In this document: piece by piece, positions 62,404-64,000 of the stretch
How positions within the stretch are numbered: position 1 is the first letter of the stretch
Layout: the number at the start of each line of letters is the position of its first letter
Assembly: GCA_963754315.1 (NCBI GenBank)
Contig: CAVWFS010000008.1
Location: forward strand, 288,001-352,000
Direction of reading: 5' to 3'
DNA length: 64,000 nucleotides
Source of the DNA: an uncultured Candidatus Rokubacteria bacterium
GTDB lineage: Bacteria; Methylomirabilota; Methylomirabilia; Rokubacteriales; CSP1-6
The notes under the pieces: model-generated
What the model saw: only the letters and a program-made list of their open reading frames with translations
Databases searched by the model: none
Told to the model about the DNA's origin: nothing
Program-made: the position numbers and the translations under genes

Positions 62404-63200
62404 CCGCTCGCGCATGCTCGGCCGCCGTGGCGTTTCTGTGGCTGGTCGTGCTAACGTCGTTCGCCATGGCTAACGACATCTCTCCGGCTGTGCGATCCGA
62501 GCTGGCGCCCACGGGGAAGCTCCGGGTCGGGATCAACCACGGGAACTTCTTGCTCGTCACCTCCATGACCCCCGAACCGCGGGGAGTCGCTCCCGATCTC
62601 GGGCGCGAGCTCGCCCGGCGGCTCGGTGTTCCCGTGGAGTTCGTCGGGTTCGACACGGCGGGGAAGCTCGGCGATGGTGCGAAGACCGGCGCCTGGGACG
62701 TCGCGTTTCTCGGGGCCGAGCCGCAGCGCGCGGCCGATATCGCGTTCACCGCGGCCTATCTGGAGATCCCGTCGACGTATCTCGTTCCCGCCGGATCGTC
62801 CATTCGCTCCATCGCCGACGTGGACCGGGCGGGTGTGCGCATTGCGGTGGCCGAGCAGAGCGCCTACGGGCTCTTCCTGAACCGCACGGTGAAGCATGCG
62901 ACTCTGATCGAGACCAAGGGCCTCGACGGCTCCTACAACGCGTTCGTCTCCCAGAAGCTCGATGCGCTGGCCGGGCTCAAGCCGCGCTTGTTGATGGACG
63001 TGACCAAGCTTCCGGGCGCGCGCATCCTGGACGGACAGTTCACGGCCGTCCAGCAGGCCATCGGCACGCCCAAGAGCCGGGCGGCCGCCGCCGGGTACCT
63101 GCGGGCCTTCGTCGAGGACGTCAAAGCCTCGGGGTTCGTGGCCGAGGCCATTGCGAAGAGCGGGGTCGCCGGCGTCTCGGTGGCGCCACCCGCTCCCTAG
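62400..63200 (+). CDS. ABC-type substrate-binding protein (family 3)
   Basis: Signal peptide; LAPTGKLRVGIN and WDVAF motifs. Confidence 0.85.
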   Translation: MTARACSAAVAFLWLVVLTSFAMANDISPAVRSELAPTGKLRVGINHGNFLLVTSMTPEPRGVAPDLGRELARRLGVPVEFVGFDTAGKLGDGAKTGAWDVAFLGAEPQRAADIAFTAAYLEIPSTYLVPAGSSIRSIADVDRAGVRIAVAEQSAYGLFLNRTVKHATLIETKGLDGSYNAFVSQKLDALAGLKPRLLMDVTKLPGARILDGQFTAVQQAIGTPKSRAAAAGYLRAFVEDVKASGFVAEAIAKSGVAGVSVAPPAP

Positions 63201-63967
63201 CCGGCCGCGCTCGAGAAGAACTCGAGCATCAGGCGATTGACCTCGGCCGCATTCTCGTAAGCGGACCAGTGGCCGGCCCCGGGAATGCGGTGCACGTCGA
63301 GAGCGCTGACGGCGCCGCGAATCTCGCCGATGAGCAGATCGGCAGGCCGGAACGCGGTATCGTCCCGCTCACCCCACAGCAGTCGGATGCGACACGTGAG
63401 CTGGGCGAGATCGCCGAGAAGCGTCCCACCGGCACTCACCTTGCGGCTGTCGAAACGAGTCCGGCGGACGCCGTCCACCTGGATGTCCACCGCTTCCTCC
63501 GTGAGGTTCCGGGGATCGCTCAGCATGTTGACGAGCAAGTTGTGGCGGCAGATCTCGCGAAAGAGCCTCGGATCCCCCCCCGCTTCTCTGTAGCTTCGGA
63601 TCGGCCGCTCGCCGAAGCGACGGGCGGGGAAGCCCCCCGGTGAGACCAGGCACAGATGCGTGACCCGAGGACCGAGCCGCCGGGCGAGGCTTGCGGCAAT
63701 GGCCCCGCCGAAGGAGAACCCGGCCAACCGAAGAGGACCATGGCCCGGGAACATGTCGAGGAAGAGGCGATGCACCAGGTCAAGATACGCGGAGCCGGTC
63801 GTGTCGCGCGTCACGGGGGCCGAGTCGCCGTAGGACGGATGATCGAGCGCGTGCACGGTGAAACGCGCCGCCAATGGTTCGACATTTCGGATCCAGTGCC
63901 TCCACGACCCCATGCCCCCGTGAAAGAGGACGACATCCGGCCCGGCGCCGTACCGATGTACCGCCAT
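63197..63967 (-). CDS. Alpha/beta hydrolase
   Basis: FHGGMG, GFSFGG and GAGHW motifs. Confidence 0.88.
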   Translation of the reverse strand: MAVHRYGAGPDVVLFHGGMGSWRHWIRNVEPLAARFTVHALDHPSYGDSAPVTRDTTGSAYLDLVHRLFLDMFPGHGPLRLAGFSFGGAIAASLARRLGPRVTHLCLVSPGGFPARRFGERPIRSYREAGGDPRLFREICRHNLLVNMLSDPRNLTEEAVDIQVDGVRRTRFDSRKVSAGGTLLGDLAQLTCRIRLLWGERDDTAFRPADLLIGEIRGAVSALDVHRIPGAGHWSAYENAAEVNRLMLEFFSSAAG

Positions 63968-64000
63968 GCGGGGCGCGTTGCTGGGCTGGGGGGGCTGGTC

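Overview
A GC-rich bacterial chromosomal segment holding about 55 genes. Most are catabolic or redox enzymes and transporters: enolase-superfamily, Rieske and 2OG-Fe(II) oxygenases, CaiB CoA-transferases, LLM monooxygenases, four molybdoenzyme catalytic subunits, and TRAP/ABC/MFS transporters. The gene repertoire resembles Candidatus Rokubacteria (inference only). Small toxin-antitoxin and defence modules are interspersed: two vapBC, two nucleotidyltransferase modules, MNT-HEPN, DUF4258/DUF2283, Mrr, a GIY-YIG relic and a DUF222-HNH gene. About 17 genes carry single-base frameshifts, most likely uncorrected long-read errors, so these should not be read as pseudogenes. The best hidden signal is at 51113-51694. 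Two ORF-track pieces join in frame across a TGA in a C-V-H-TGA (CxxU) motif, followed by a SECIS-like hairpin. This is a predicted AhpD/CMD-like selenoprotein lying 4 nt behind an NtaA/DmoA-type monooxygenase. Other points of note are an alanine-racemase-like/DacB-like pair with non-canonical catalytic motifs, a decaying defence islet, an internally deleted glycogen-debranching gene, apparently leaderless TA operons and an AT-rich iteron-like patch. No rRNA, tRNA or CRISPR array was seen. Family calls come from motif recognition, not database searches.
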